Source of the DNA: Chiloscyllium plagiosum
Taxonomy: Eukaryota
Length of the DNA stretch: 64,000 bases
Direction of reading: 5' to 3'
Assembly: GCF_004010195.1 (NCBI RefSeq)
Contig: NC_057718.1
Location: 53,813,615-53,877,614, forward strand
Shown: positions 23,040 through 36,900 of the stretch, in pieces
Numbering within the stretch: the stretch's first letter is position 1
How the letters are laid out: every line of letters starts with the position of its first letter
The notes under the pieces: model-generated
Told to the model about the DNA's origin: nothing
What the model saw: only the letters and a program-made list of their open reading frames with translations
The model's database searches: none
Translations under genes and position numbers: made by a program

Positions 23040-24830
23040 TGATAGAAGTTTACAACACTGGGGGGGCTGCTGCTTTGTTCAGTGCTTGTGCCTGTTCTGT
23101 GTTTGAGCCATCCAAATCTAATCAGACCAAACCCACAGCTCTGTGTTTCCGTCTGCTTCAGACATTCATAACTATAAAGGAACAGTAGTCTCCATCTCAG
23201 CCATCCCTTGTGGCAATGCATTCCATATTGCAATAACCTTCCATATAAAATGAATTTGTCTAACCTCTCTCCTCAGTATTTAACAATATATATAAATTGA
23301 TGACAATTCATCATCGTCTCCTCATTCAAATATTGTAGTCTTCTTTTATTCACAATAGAAAAACCTTCTGTAGCTTGAAAAGCATGTTAAAGCTCTGATT
23401 AACAACCTCTCAGCTATCAAAAATACTCCCAGTATCTTCCTCATAAATACAATGCACATCTGTGATATCACTCAGATGAGCATATGCTGTACACTTTCAA
23501 TTTTGTTCATTTTATTCATAATATCCTCTTTATCGTGTTCAAAGAACTGAATACAGAGCCTGAAGTTAATGGTTTTGTCAATGGCCCCTTCCACTAGCCA
23601 CAAAGACACAGACACCCTGGCCAACCCTGCATGCCCAGCCATGGCTGTTTCTGAGAATCCTGGGATTAAATCACAATCAAGCACATTAGCTACCCGCTTC
23701 TGGGGTTCCAGGCCTTTGTTGAAGTGAAAACCCACCTCTCAGAGATGTTCACCAATCAAAAGTCAAGCAGCTCTTCAGTCCCAGCAGCATGCTGGGGTTT
23801 GAGGCCTCTGCTGGGAGTGCAGTAGGCCCAGGACTGGGAGCAGTGCTGGAGGTCCAGAGGTCAGATGAGGTGAGAGGGAGTGGCCGGGCAGTCAGGAAAA
23901 CCCTGGTCTGGGAATATATCTTCATACGGATGGAACAGACAGTGCTTTCAGTGGGGATGGCTCTGGCTTCCAGAGGCCCTTCATTGGGCACTGGAGATGA
24001 GGAGCAACCCCTGCACTCAAGCCCACAAGCAATTCATCGCATTTATCTCTGACAGCCTACTTATATGGCATGGGTTCTCCCCATGGGCATCCCACCAGTG
24101 GAGGCAAGGTTCTGCCTTCACTGGGTCTTAAAGAATACCTCAAAACCTCAATTTACCTGAGGACTGGAAGGCCATTCTCAAACTTCCCTGTCCCAACATA
24201 ATCAAAGAGAGTGGAAAGATGACAGGCTCTTTGAGCTACATTTTCATACCAGTTATATTGCCTCACCTCCCAACCATTTTCCTTGCAGATGTTAAATTCC
24301 ACTCCTTAACTCTGTCACACCTGAATGATTCACTCAAGTCTGTTCCCTTCCAGCTCTGACCAAGTCACTGTGATGTCATCACAGTGGATGTTATAAACTG
24401 TTTTCATATTGTCTGCTTCATTCCCCCCCCCAAGGGATTGACTTTATAAACTCAGATGACCTTAAATTGTTTCTATGCTCTCTGAATGTGTTCATTTTCT
24501 AACTTGGAAGAACAGGTATATTTTGGGTAGAAGGTAATTAATTTGGACTGTCTTCCATATGGTTTGAGGTCCATAGTTCTCTCTTGAACTGAAGTCTTTA
24601 ATCTCATTGTATTTCATTGGTGGAGAACTTTGATGATCAACATCTATTTTGTATGGATATTGTGGTGGTCCCTGCCATTGCAGCAACTCTTTTTCTTTGC
24701 AGTATTCTGAATCTTGGCAGTATTCTGATTCTTTGCACATTGTTTCTTCTTAGTGGTGTCTTATATCGAGTTGCATGGACCAAGAGTAGGTATTTCCCTG
24801 CCCTGGTATGACAAGAGCAATACAGTCATA
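23040..24830 (-). mobile_element. Highly decayed CR1 remnant with a GC-rich repeat inserted at ~23560-24300
   Basis: ORF 23472-23735 ends CIQFFEHDKEDI...KIESVQ, a decayed CVQFW.P...KDI..LE.VQ motif. Confidence 0.45.
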
Positions 24831-25299
24831 GAGTCAGAGTAATACAACATGGAAATAGGTCCTTCGGTCCATTCTCGTCCGTGCTGACCATGATGCCCAC
24901 TCTGCTAATTCCAGTTGCCCACAGTTTTGGTGAGTAATAGTGAGTTTGGTTACAAAATAGGCTGAGAATGAACCAATCAAATTCTTACCTGTGAAAGAAA
25001 CTTGTTGAATTTTCCTCTCAAGCCTTAAACAGCAACTTGAGAATCTCATCCTTTATTACCATGCATTTACACCTTATGAAAGCCCTGATTCACTCTATTT
25101 GATCCCATTACTAATTCACCTCTACTTCACCAAGAAACTAGAAGGGAAGAATTCCCAACCAGTACATCAGAAGCAGGTACCTGGCAGCTGCCTGTCCTGG
25201 CCATCATACAATTATTTCTTTAATCACTTCCCTGCTTACTCCCCATTGCCACTCACACCACTCCCCATACCCACCCCACCCACTCACACAACTCCACAT

Positions 25300-26450
25300 C
25301 AACAACCATCAGCTTCACCATATCATTGTGTCTGCTCTTAAATCAAATCAGACAACACTTCAGGCCAACAATGTTTGATTTTGGATGGACACCTACACCT
25401 TACATGATTCGGCCAGGTGACTTTGTGACTTGGGGACACCCACATATTCCATGCATGCGTACAGGATCCTTTTGCACTGACATGACCACAAGTATCTTAT
25501 TGCTCCTAGCTTTCTTAACACGCATTCCCTTTAGTGCTTGGATGGTGGCTGCCAGCCTCTGTCTATTTCACATTGTTTTCCCAGCTCACACTGACTTTAG
25601 CCCTGAGTTACGGACTGCCATCCACTGTGGTTCACTTTGCTTGTGGAGCACTCAGAGAAATGCAGGCAGATTGAGAGGGATGGGGAGCACTGAACGGTCA
25701 GTCAATCAATCCAACAGGCCATTGTTCAGTATCATGCTCCTTCACTGTCATGGCTACAGCCTGTGCCAGCAGCTTACATGGCAAACACACAACACTGCAG
25801 TCAGGGAGGGGATGCTGCCACTGCCAGTGAAGGGGTTTAATCTGTTTTCAGTCCAGAGGGCCTGGTCAAAGGACATATTCAGTCCTGCAGATGATGAGAA
25901 ACCAGACTGGGGATTACAGGTAGGTCAGTTGGGTCATCAGTGTTGGAGCAGGGGCAGTTTTTCTGCAATGAGACAGGGGAGTGGGAGAAATTGTGTACAA
26001 TGGAAGTAGATGCAGAAGCAGTTATTGATTAGACATGAGTCAGAAAGGCGATGAGTTATCTCCAGTAATGAAGGGTCAGGGTGAGGTGGATGTTCACCTT
26101 TAAGTGAACATAATGTATGCATTAGTGAGAGTTGTACTCACCTTGGCGAGGGATATGTGCAGTGGCAGAGTTAGGGTGAGTCGTGGCACTGTGAATGTGA
26201 GGTAGGAGAGAGGAGTTGGTGGAAAATATTCTTGCAAAATACAACAGATCAGTAACCTTCTTGCAGTATTGCTGGATATCCCTTTTGACACACTGACTCA
26301 TGCTGCAATTTCAGTCCAATGTGGTTGGACCTAGGAGAATGGCTCCTTTGGCAGGCGGCAGTATAAAGGACTCCCCTCCTCTCTCGCACCACATCCACCA
26401 GCACCTCTAAATGCCCGTTATGGAAGGGAGTGAGCTAGCTTGCTTTTTCT
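25300..26450. mobile_element. PIF/Harbinger-like DNA transposon remnant
   Basis: Minus strand near 26245-26275 reads QYCKKVTDL (Myb/SANT-like end, compare QCRKKINDL); other GC-rich segments resemble decayed HARBI1-type nuclease. Confidence 0.4.
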
Positions 26451-27624
26451 CTGAGAGATTTTCAGAGCTAAGCATTGCAGTTTGATGGTATTGTCCATTT
26501 TGACATTTTGTACATTTCTACATTTTGACCAGTTTATGTATTAAAAACACTTTACCCGAGTGCTCTCACCAGTGAGGTGGACAAAGGGAGGCCAAATGTG
26601 GTTTGTAGTTCAACTCAATTTTATAAATAAAGTATCCTTACCAAAATCACAATGTGCTTTTCCTAAATTCCCAAAATATTTACTATCCAGCTCTATCCAT
26701 CTCACAAAGGATCTTACCTACAAGGCTCCGCATGTTTGAGCTAGGCTACTGGAAAGTCCTTCCTCTCTAACATTGATCTATATCTCTTCCAGGAAGGAAG
26801 GTCTCACAGGTCAGGGTTGATCTTCTTCTGGGTGTTTATGTGCTGTCGCACGGTCTTCCACCAAGAGTCTTGCTGCATGTTTTCACTGAGGGGGTGTCTT
26901 CCATTGTGTGTTTTTATTTCCCCCATCCCATACCTTCCTGAATGTTCTGTGGCCTTTGGCAAATGAGTCATGAGTGAGGTTCAAAGCTTCCCATGGGATC
27001 ATGCCCACATCCATCATTATTACCATGCTGGGAGATCTAAAATTCATGTCATCAGGCACTGGCCAGAAGTCAAGATACCAGAAAGTTTTATCAATATTTC
27101 TTCAATATACAACCGCAGCCTGGTTGTAACTGCTCCCCCCACCACCCCTAAAATGTTGAGACCTTGGTTTCCACTGTTGTCTGTAACTGATAGCTATTGG
27201 CTCCTCTCTAATTTAGTTTGGCCAATTTTCTGTCAGTTCCAATTTCTCCAGCTGTGGGTCATTTTCAAGTTTCCAATTTTGATCCCTTGACCAGTTGACC
27301 ACATTGGGCAGTCCTTGGCTTGCAACAAGTGGTTCGCAACTGAGCTTTAACTATTGGACCAGAGGCAACTGAGCACTTCCATTCTTTAGCCAAGTCATTC
27401 TCTGAGAAATGTGCCCATTGGGACAGTTATATACTTAAAGGTGAAAGGGGGAAGATCATGTGAAAAAGTTTAGCCAGGCCATGGGCCAACCCCCTGTCAA
27501 GAAATTCACTCTCCATCACACTCACATTCCAAATAAGAAAATTCAGCCTGCATCTTCAATTTCGATGAATGGAATTTTGTTTTTATTCCACCTGAAGATC
27601 TGCACTGAAGCAGATAGATTTATT

Positions 27625-27855
27625 AAATTAAGACAGAAGTACTGGAGGAATACAGTGGGTCTGGCAGCATCTATATAGAGAGAAACATAGTTAATATTTC
27701 ACATTCAGTGTGACGTTTCAAAAGAAAAGTCAGATCAGGTACGAAATGTTAGCTCTGCTTTCTCTCCACAGTTGCTGCCAGACTGCCAAATTTCTATAGC
27801 GCTTTCTGTTTATACTTCAGATTTCCAGCATCTGCAGTATTTTGCCTTTTATTTA
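27625..27855. repeat. Old PLE-derived inverted (fold-back) repeat
   Basis: gtctggcagcatc...agagagaaac.tagttaa versus ttagctctgctttctctccacagttgctgccagac; tail ttccagcatctgcagtattttg. Confidence 0.65.
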
Positions 27856-27989
27856 AGTAAATTTATTATTTTAATTTCTGGAATATTCCAGGCTTTGTCC
27901 TTGTTTCTTGGTGATTTGAATTATAAACCAGTTTGCTCCTATCCTCGTTTGGAGATACATTTGTCCTGATGCGATATCCTTTATTGTTG

Positions 27990-29790
27990 TTGGGGATTGC
28001 TTTTAAGAAGGTGGTTAAGTCAGACAGTGTGATTGAACTTGTCTGTTCCTAAGCAGCTCAATCCCTAATAGCCGTCTTGACTCTGGAGTAGCTAGTTGTT
28101 CACTTTGCTATCTGGCAATCTGATTAAATATATTTGCAAATACTCCCGTTGTCTGTCTCTCATTATATTGCTTCTGAGTAGTGTAGACATTTCAGTTGCT
28201 GCCTCTTCACTTGCACTTCATCTTGAACTTTGTTGCTGCTTGGAATCTAAACTCTCTCCAGCTTTGTTGGCACTGGAAAACATTCCAACCACATTCCAAC
28301 CAGTGCAGTCCCAGCTTTCCATCAGTATGAAATGACTGTTTTAGTGCAGCATGATTAACCTGTGGATACCTTTTCTGAATGTTCCACTGTGAAAATATGG
28401 AGTCCAGCAACATTTTCTATTAGCGTTTCCTTGACCTTTGCTCATTTTTCTCTTCTGATTTTTGAATGATCTTGAGAGCAAAACATGCCTTTCTTCTCAT
28501 GTGTAAAGATGGTTAGTTCTGAAGTATATAATTCCTGGGTTAAAAATCACACAACACCAGGTTATAGTCCAACAGGTTTAATTGGAAGACTAACACCTGG
28601 TGTTGTATGATTTTTAACTTTGTACACCCTAGTCCAACATCGGCATCTCCAAATCATATAATTCCTGGTAATTGGTTTCCTCTATGTTGGAGAATTGCTT
28701 GTTGCCTTTAATGTTGACCATGATGCTCCTTAGACAATACAGTTGAACATCTGTCTCTAGTAAGCCGTGTTTTGTCAATGAAGGATCATTAACTGATGAA
28801 ATGTTGATGCTTCCTCCCATGTCTCAACTCCTAAATGTTTGATCTGGCCACTAAAAATGCCCAGAAAATCTTTGGATTCATCTTCTTCTGGAAACTACCT
28901 GATTTATCTCTTTGAGTGGATAGTTCCTTTTTATGTTTGCTCTTCTGTGGCTGTGCCTTGCTTAAGCACATTTTCTTACATTAATAGCATTTTGTTGTTA
29001 AAAACTGTGCACTGCTCATGCCTGTGAGATTTCCTTTTTCCATACAGACAAGTTTAGCAAATGTTGGAGCCTACCAATTTACACACCTCTGGTGTCATAA
29101 TCTGGTATCTACCTGCTGCATTGGTTTTTCTTTTGTACATTTTTCATGGTTTTGAACTTATCTGCCTAGTTTTATCTTCCCCTCTTAGAATTGTTCTGTT
29201 TTGTTTCCAGAGTTCTTGCTTCACTCACCATCTGAATGGCTTTCTCGAAACTAGGTTGTCTTTAGACTGCAAACAAAAAGACAAATTATTATCGCTAATG
29301 TCAGCAGCTCTCCAACCTTTAATGAATTCTAATTTTACATCACCATCACTCCATGAACCTATAGAGATCATCAAGGATTCTTTAGATTGTTCCATTCTTT
29401 CATTGAATCTTGCTCTTTCAGCAAATTTATTTCTTCTAAAGTTGACATAATGCCAAAGGTTTTCAAAGGGCTTATCTGATGCTTCACCTATCCATTGGTA
29501 AGGAATAATATCATCTATTATACTTCCAATTGTCTGTCAAAATGTATTTACTTTTTGAACTTCTGTTTTCATGTCCATATTAGAAGCTATCCTTTACTTC
29601 AATAATTGTTTTCTGCAGGATATCCAATTTTGTATGATATTTAAGTTTCAATTATACTGGCACACCAGCCTTTGTCAGATCAGATACTGCAATTACTAAT
29701 GACAGCGTACCCCTCAAACCTGCTGGTAACACTCAATACAGAAAAATGTTTCAGAGAATGACACAGAAAGCATTTCAGATCTGACAGACA
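27990..29790 (-). mobile_element. Highly decayed Gypsy-type gag/pol remnant
   Basis: Minus strand ~29600-29200 reads RIAS...VQKVNTF..IG.I.DDI...RRNKFAERARFNER....ES....DLYR...LQSKDNL..EKAIQM in broken frames, a Gypsy gag pattern; Cys/His knuckle-like remnant ~28960-29030. Confidence 0.65.
28539..28655. mobile_element. Miniature PLE-terminus insertion with internal inverted repeat
   Basis: gttaaaaatcacacaacaccaggt / acctggtgttgtatgatttttaac; 13-bp TSD ATATAATTCCTGG at 28526-28538 and 28656-28668. Confidence 0.85.
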
Positions 29791-30074
29791 ACACTGTTCT
29801 CTTCCCGGCTCCTATTTGGACCAAGTTTCCATTACAGTGGTTAGTGTTTCTGGCTCTCAGTCAACTGGTATTAATCCTTTTTGACTCTTTCAGATCCATA
29901 TACAATCTATTATTTACTCATACACTCTTTATTTTACTTACAAAAATCACAATGTTACTGTTTATTTTCATGGCTGCATGCATTAAGAGAATGGTATTTT
30001 GGATTCTTTCAGTGGTTTTCTTCATCTATGCCCTTCATCATTATTCCTTGTCTTCCCTTCCAACCTCACAGGTT

Positions 30075-31000
30075 AACAGGATGGCAGATAGGAAGCAGAT
30101 ACAATTTAACACGGATACCTATTATCTTCTGAACTCTTTGTCAGTTAAAGTCTTTGTCACAGTTTGCTCTTTGTGTTATCAGCAGCCTTCAAGACTGAAC
30201 ACTTTCTGCACATGTGCAATTGTTGATACAACTGAAGAACAAAAATAGATCCAATACTGACTTGCTGGATACTGTTTCGAAACTTTCTCTAACCTAAGTA
30301 CTACTCATTTATCCCACCTTTGTTTTGTTTGTATTTGCCAGCCACTTTTCCAGTGGTGTTGCTGCACTTCTATATTTACAGCGCCTGAATCTTTCTACCA
30401 AGGATAGTGTTGATTGAGTTTGGAAAACGTATATATGTACAGCTTCCACATCAAATACACCCTTTGATGGATCCAATTAGGCATCACTTTGAACAAAACT
30501 ACTAAATTTGCCAAACTTGAGTGTGCTTTTATTTATCTGCACTAGCTGTATTCAGCTTTTAATTTGATGACTATCTCCCATGTCATCTCCATATGGGGCA
30601 CCATCACATTTTGCCAGTGGGACTGTCAAAATTTCAGAGCTATTGGCTCACTGTTTGGGCCTCTAGCAACAATAATCTGCCAAAGACAGCAAGCCCTGAG
30701 GAACTTGTACTTTTAGCAATTGCGGGCTTGGAACCAGCGTTTTGGTTCCAACATGGGACCTTACAGCCTACAGAAAAATCCAGTGCCATGTTTTCAACTC
30801 TATAACTAGGTTTCTTCCTCAGCAGTTCGACACTTTTTAAACCATGGCTAAAAACATTTTCAGTGTTTTTAAAAGCCCTTATTATATTTCTTTTCGTACG
30901 ACTTGCAAAGCTTTCTTCTGATTTCAGTATCATCTTTCCGAACACCCTTCTCATTATTTTCTGTAATCCTTACAATTTTTTTTTTCCCTGCATTGTAACA
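30075..31000 (-). mobile_element. Very old CR1-like RT remnant
   Basis: Weak reverse-complement matches to .V.Q.SVLG and D..KAF-type RT motifs near 30250-30440; no ORF. Confidence 0.4.
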
Positions 31001-31737
31001 CAGGACCATACTTCAGCAATTTTTCAATGTCAGCTAGATGTCAGTGATGGAGATGTACTGGGACAGTTTAGTTAGTTCTGGAACAGGTGTGATTCTTTTG
31101 GTTTGAGAATTTATGAAGCAAAGATCTTTAGGTACTGACTGATCATAGAAGGGGAACTTGTTTACTCTACAGGATATATTCAAACCCATTCGGAATGTAA
31201 AGTACCCAATTTTTTTCCACTGATGTATTTATCAGTGAATTGCTGCAGGAATAAAAAAAATAAATCACTTGAGCTAGTCATAATTTACAATTTAATTTCA
31301 TATTTATATTCAATTGATCTTTGTGGAATACGATTTACGAACAACATAGTTTCAGCTATTACATGTAGTTGGGATGCTGCAATTAAAGTAATTATGTATG
31401 TTGTGTATAACTGATATGAAATTTCACTTGTCTTTCTTGAGTTTATTCTCTTCTTCCTAATTCTATAGTCTGTTGTGCCACCTACAGTTATACCTTATGG
31501 GATGAATGGAATCAAATCAGAATGTATATATCAAATTCCTGTTCAATTTTACGTTATGGATATGTTTATGTTGCTTGGTTGACTAAAACCTAATGGAAAA
31601 ATAATTAAAAGAAAAATGTTCATGCCATTATAGAAGTTAATCAAATTGTTTCTAAGGTAAAGGACATAATGTGCTCAGCATTTCATTAGTTTTAAATTCA
31701 GGGATTGAACTGTTCAGCCCCCTATTGGTACATTGGA

Positions 31738-32640
31738 GGGCAGAGTGGTGCTGGAAGAGCACAGCAGTTCAGGCAGCATCCGAGGGCAGGAAAATCCAAT
31801 GTTTTGGGCAAAAGCCCTTCATCAGGAATACAGGCAGAGTGCCTGAAGGGTGGAGAGATAAATGAGAGCAGGGTGGGGGTGGGGAGAAAGTAGCATAGAG
31901 TATAATAGGTGGATGGGTGGTGGGATGAAGGAGATAGGTCAGAGAGGAGATTGGAGTAGATAGGTAGAAGATAGGCAGGTAGAACAGGTCAAGGGACAGT
32001 GCTGAGCCGGAAGTTTGGAACTGGGGTGAGGTGGGGGAAGGGGAAAGCGGGTGTCCCGGAGATGTTCCCTAAAGCGCTCTGCTAGGAGACGTCCAGTCTC
32101 CCCAATGTAGAGGAGACCGCATCGGGAGCAACGGATACAATAAATGATATTGGTGGATGTGCAGGTAAAACTTTGATGGATGTGGAAGGCTCCTTTGGGG
32201 CCTTGGATGGAGGTGAGGGAGGTGGAGTGGGCGCAGGTTTTGCAATTCCTGCGGTGGCTGGGGAAGATGTCAGGATGGGAGGGTGGGTTGTTGGGGGACG
32301 TGGATCTGACCAGGTAGTCACAGAGGGAACGGTCTTTGCGGAAGGCAGAAAAAGGTGGGATGGGAAATAGATCCCTGGTGCTGGGGTCCATTTGGAGGTG
32401 GCGGAAATGTCAGCGGATGATTTGGTTTATGCAAAGGTTGGTAGGATGGAAGGTGAGCACCAGGGGCGTTCTGTCTTTGTTACGGTTGGAGGGGTGGGGT
32501 CTGAGGGCAGAGGTGCGGGATGTGGATGGTGGATTTGTAAACCCACCGACTCCCACAGCTACCTGGATTACACCTCTTCCCAACCTACCTCCTGCAAAAA
32601 TGCCATCCTGTATTCCCAATTCCTCTGCCTCCGCCATATC
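31738..32640 (-). mobile_element. Neptune-like PLE copy (GIY-YIG) with an internal deletion and an inverted 5' segment
   Basis: ORF 31939-32391: HRRNCKTCAH...IIYCIRCSRCGLLYIGETGRLLAERFREH; ~32535-32640 is in + orientation (KPTDSHSYLDYTSS.P); same family as 20833-22277. Confidence 0.92.
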
Positions 32641-33199
32641 CCCCTTCCTAAACCTCTACAAACATATGCAAATCCAAATAAAGAAGCCTGGATTTTATCG
32701 GTGAAGGAAAAATATTGGGAAACACATTTCAATCACACCAGGATTTGATGATGTCCCTCTTACTTATTTGAAGTCCTTCTGATCTCCAAATCTAGATATC
32801 TCCAATAGGTTCACGTTTACTATAATATACGAAAAGCCATGTTATTTTGAAGTCCAAGCCTGAAGATGATTCTTGGCTTTTCCATCTCCTTGAGCAAACT
32901 ATCTTGATCCCAAATTCAGTGTGGCATCAAACCACACAGCAATAAAAGAGTGTTGAATCTAAGTGGCATTTTCTTAGCCATTGCTGTGATGTAATGTGTA
33001 AAGATCTTGCAGCCTTTAATTCTGTTGACTGCACAATTAATCTCCCAGAAATGTAAACTAACAATATAACAGAGGCTTTAGACACATACAAAGCTGATAG
33101 AGCCTCCTGAATTTCAATGAAAATGATGCCTTGAATATACACAGACTTGTCTAGAGATTAGGGTTTCACCTTCAATTCTAGGATGCTTCCTTCTTAGAA

Positions 33200-33710
33200 A
33201 CAGTCACATCATGGCTACAAGAGCTAGGCAGAGGTTGGAAATTCTGTAGCAACTAATTCATTATAATAGCTCCCCATAACCTGCCCATTATCCACAAAGA
33301 TAAAATAAATTTATGATGGATTAATTTCCACTTACCTGTATGAATGCAGCTTCAAACACACACTACAGTCTAGTAATTGGTTCTCCATTCACCAAATTAA
33401 ATGCTCATCCTCTCCACCACTAGTGCACAGTATTGGCAGTGTATGCTATGTACAAATAACTAGCATTCCTTCAACTGGACCTTCCAAACACACATCTTTA
33501 TCATCCACAAGGACAAGGGCAACGGTTACATGGGAAGACTAAAACCTTCAAGTTCCTCTCTGAGCCTCACACTGTCCATACTTGGAACCATATCATATTG
33601 TTCATTCAATGTCAGTGGGTCAAAGTCCTAAAACTCTTTCCTAATAGCATACAGGTCTACCTGCCTCCCCTGAATTTCAGCAACTCAAGAAAGCAGCTCT
33701 CTATCATCTG
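33200..33710 (+). mobile_element. Decayed 3' portion of the tRNA-headed L2/CR1-group LINE
   Basis: ggctacaagagc.aggcagaggtt; ctctccaccac; aggacaagggca; caagttcc.ctc...cacac; homologous to 240-600 (reverse) and 62640-62800. Confidence 0.6.
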
Positions 33711-35229
33711 TTGTATGTAAAGCCAGGCTGTGCATGAGGTCAAATAACCCTTCACAGTTGTTGGAGTGGGAGGGAAACATGAAAGGTTTCAGGCATAACA
33801 ATCAGATAACTGAAATTAATATTTGATGCTTCCTATTTACCAGTCTCATAATAAAACTGTTTTTCAAAAAAAACCTTATGCTGTGCCTTTACACATGCCC
33901 CAGGAAATACCAACCAGACAGAGAACTGCAGCTATATATCTGTAACAAACCCAGCAACCACAGTTTCAGTCTGCTGCTATGTTGAGAGGCACAAGTGAAT
34001 CCCCAACTAATGCTCATTAACTGAGTACAATTAAACTATAGTTTAATGCAGAGTTGGCCCCCTCCAACTCCATTTCAATTTAATCCCCTCCCTCTGTCCC
34101 TATTCCTCCCTTTTGTTATTGTTATGCTGCCTCTGGTGATCAGGGTTTGTGAATTGTTCATGTAGTCAGATACACAGATAATTTGGTGATAGATTGATTA
34201 AAACAAGAACATAGTTAACCCATTACATTCCTGCCATCTTGAGTTATGGTTCTTTGCTGTCAACACTATGGTGTGAATTTTGAAGGGAAAGTAGATACAG
34301 GTTTGGGATGCGAGGAAAGGTAAAATGAGAAAAGTTCCACATGTGTTGGGATCGATATTCCATTTCCCCATCTCCTCCTCCAACTTTATCCCGAACCAAG
34401 GGTTTTGGATCAGGCATATTTAGCTATGACTGATCATGGACCTCTCTGGAGCTAATCTAATGATGCTAACTTCTGTTTCACTGAAAAGGTACAATCAATG
34501 ACTCCATAAATCATGGAAGTCTGAATTTCCCATCACTCCTAGCATATGTAACCTGTCTTTACATATCCAGGTCTTTAGTTGCTGTTCAAAGCAAAGTTGA
34601 CATTTTGCGTCTAAAGCCTGGTCCATCAAAGCAGAAATGACCAAAAAAATTTCTTCATTTCTAACAAGATGGGTTATCATTTAATCAAAGATCAGAGATT
34701 TCACTTTCCTATATTTGCCTTCTCTCTTTCTTCTCTTCACAGTCTTGTTTGAGAAATTCTTTTATTAAGTATGACCTACTGCTTTTTGTTTCCAATCAAT
34801 ATACCATTCCATAGGTAAGGCATCCAACTTGCTCATCAGGCATTGATCATTATCCAGTCACGTCCTACCTGACAATTGAACCACTGAGCCATTTGAAGGT
34901 TTCTCTCTCACTGTTACTAAAACATTCTCTCAGCCTGGCAATTGTTTCTCTAAAGCCTGCTCTCATTTTCTTTGCCATCCTACTATCTTTCTAATGAGAC
35001 TCTGCAAAGCCGGCTGACTTTTCTTTTTAAGCCTTGTCAGTGGATTGGAGGGATTCTAGTTGCTGATGAAGCACTCTGTAGATCCCTTCTAATCTCTATT
35101 TGAATGTTAAAGTTGAAAGTTTATTGTCATCCAAATTCTGAAAGTTTGTCAAGAAAATAATTTCATCCCTCCTCACTTGGTCTGTATATTACACCAACTG
35201 TCTGTTACTAACCCACTACACATCAATGG

Positions 35230-36900
35230 CCAGAAATTCAATTGGTTGGTACGACATCTGCACGTCAACCATTTTGTGTTACATCTCCATTCAGGTCTTA
35301 ATATTCAGAGATGAGCAGGGGCACACACCAAGCTCCCCATCCCAGCACTGCATATTAGAAGGGGAGACAGGATGCTAAATATCATCAAAGTTGTGGAAGA
35401 ACAATCAGTACCACAAAAAGATTGTTTAGCTCCATCAGCAGAATCTGAAACCTGCTGGCCTGGGCAGCATTGGGGAAAGGAAAACAGCTACAGTCCAGTG
35501 GCAAGACCAGCAGTATCACAAAAAAGTCAATGGCATTCACCACTCTGTCAGGTTAAATGACACAATTTTCTTACCAGCGCACACTCAATCTATTTTTGCT
35601 ACTGCACCCACCTCAAATCAAGGCTCATGCTCTGTCACTCTCACTATTCCCTCCAACATCTTCCAACACCTGCTTCCGGCCTGCTCCCTCACCCTCTCAC
35701 ACCACAAACTCTGCATGCTCTCTGCATTGCCTGCTCACTCTGCCCAGGACACCTTGCCACCTTTCCGCACCCTGCATCAGCACCAACAGCTGTGTCACCT
35801 CATTCATCTCACTCAATGCTTCCTTCTCTCCCATTACAGGAGAAAATCACCCACAACAGGGACTGAGTCAGGATGGGTGAGATGTGGGGGCGGGGTGGTG
35901 GTGGGGGTGCCAACATTAGGCTCCTCATTCTCATTGAGGAGAGAACCCTAGGCCTCACAGGAGAAAATCAGGATCACTCCTGCGGGAATGCCGAAACATC
36001 CATGTCTCATCAACTGAGTAAGTACCACTCTTCATACGACTGCAGTTCTTACAGTAACGCCACTGCAGTGCCATTCATCTCACACTACACCTAACCATTG
36101 GCACAGATGCATTCTCCCCCTCGTACTAATTCAGCTGCCAGTAGTAATGCACAGCTTTGGTGGCAAAACAGACTACTCCACCAGAAGGCACCATCTTGAC
36201 CTCTGAGGAAGAGGGATCTGAGGCCTCAGAGGAAAACTTGGCAAGTCTTCCTCCTGTGGCTCCCACTAAATCACATACTGATCTCAATGGGTATATTAGG
36301 TTTAAGTATTCTCCATCACACTCTCTATGATAGCTTCAGAACCAGTCAGGGAGGAAATGCCCATTTTGTGCTGGCACTCGGAGGACTGTCAGAAACAAGG
36401 CATTTGCTTGGTACAATGGCAGGGGTAGCAGAGAGTTAAGTGGCAGACAAGGACCCTTATAACCAGAGGCTACAGCAGTGCAACAGATCTATGGAGACCT
36501 AGCTGCCTCGAACATTCAATTGCTCACTTCTTCCAGGGTGAGGTTGGCAGCTGCTGTAGAGAACCAAGTCCAGCTCTTTTTCTCGGCATCTGCTGTATAC
36601 ACGCACAGACCTGCGCTGCATCAGCTTGGCCACTGGGCCTCAGGACCGAAGACATGGCAACAGGGCTTCAGGAAGCCTGGTATGCAAACCAAGTGCCCCA
36701 CCCTCACAAGGAGACAAGACAGTGTCAGGAGAGACCCAATTAGGGAAGGAACCACTCAAAGGTCACTCAGAGTTCTCCTCTGCGGATGCTCCAGGTGTGA
36801 TTGGTCTCTCCTCTTCCATCCTGCCTGCTCCCCTCTGACCCTTGGAAGTTCAAGCCAATGTGCATCCACTTGCCTTCAGCAAGAAGGCTCTTTGTCATCT
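35230..36900 (+). mobile_element. Harbinger-associated (Myb/SANT gene) remnant
   Basis: ~35508-35551 reads QQYHKKVNGIHHSV followed by a donor-like gttaaa; 36630-36690 is similar to 42240-42297. Confidence 0.4.

Noticed and set aside
25326..26009. 227-aa ORF, the longest without obvious RT homology
   Set aside because: No coherent domain; it lies in GC-rich transposon-like remnant sequence and is likely a chance open frame.
26470..27370. Possible solo LTR
   Set aside because: It looks LTR-like in composition, but I could not define TG...CA termini or a TSD.
34743..34814. 72-nt exon-like segment with a strong pyrimidine tract/AG acceptor and a gtaagg donor
   Set aside because: All three frames contain a stop and no partner exon was found; it could only be a non-coding or cryptic exon.
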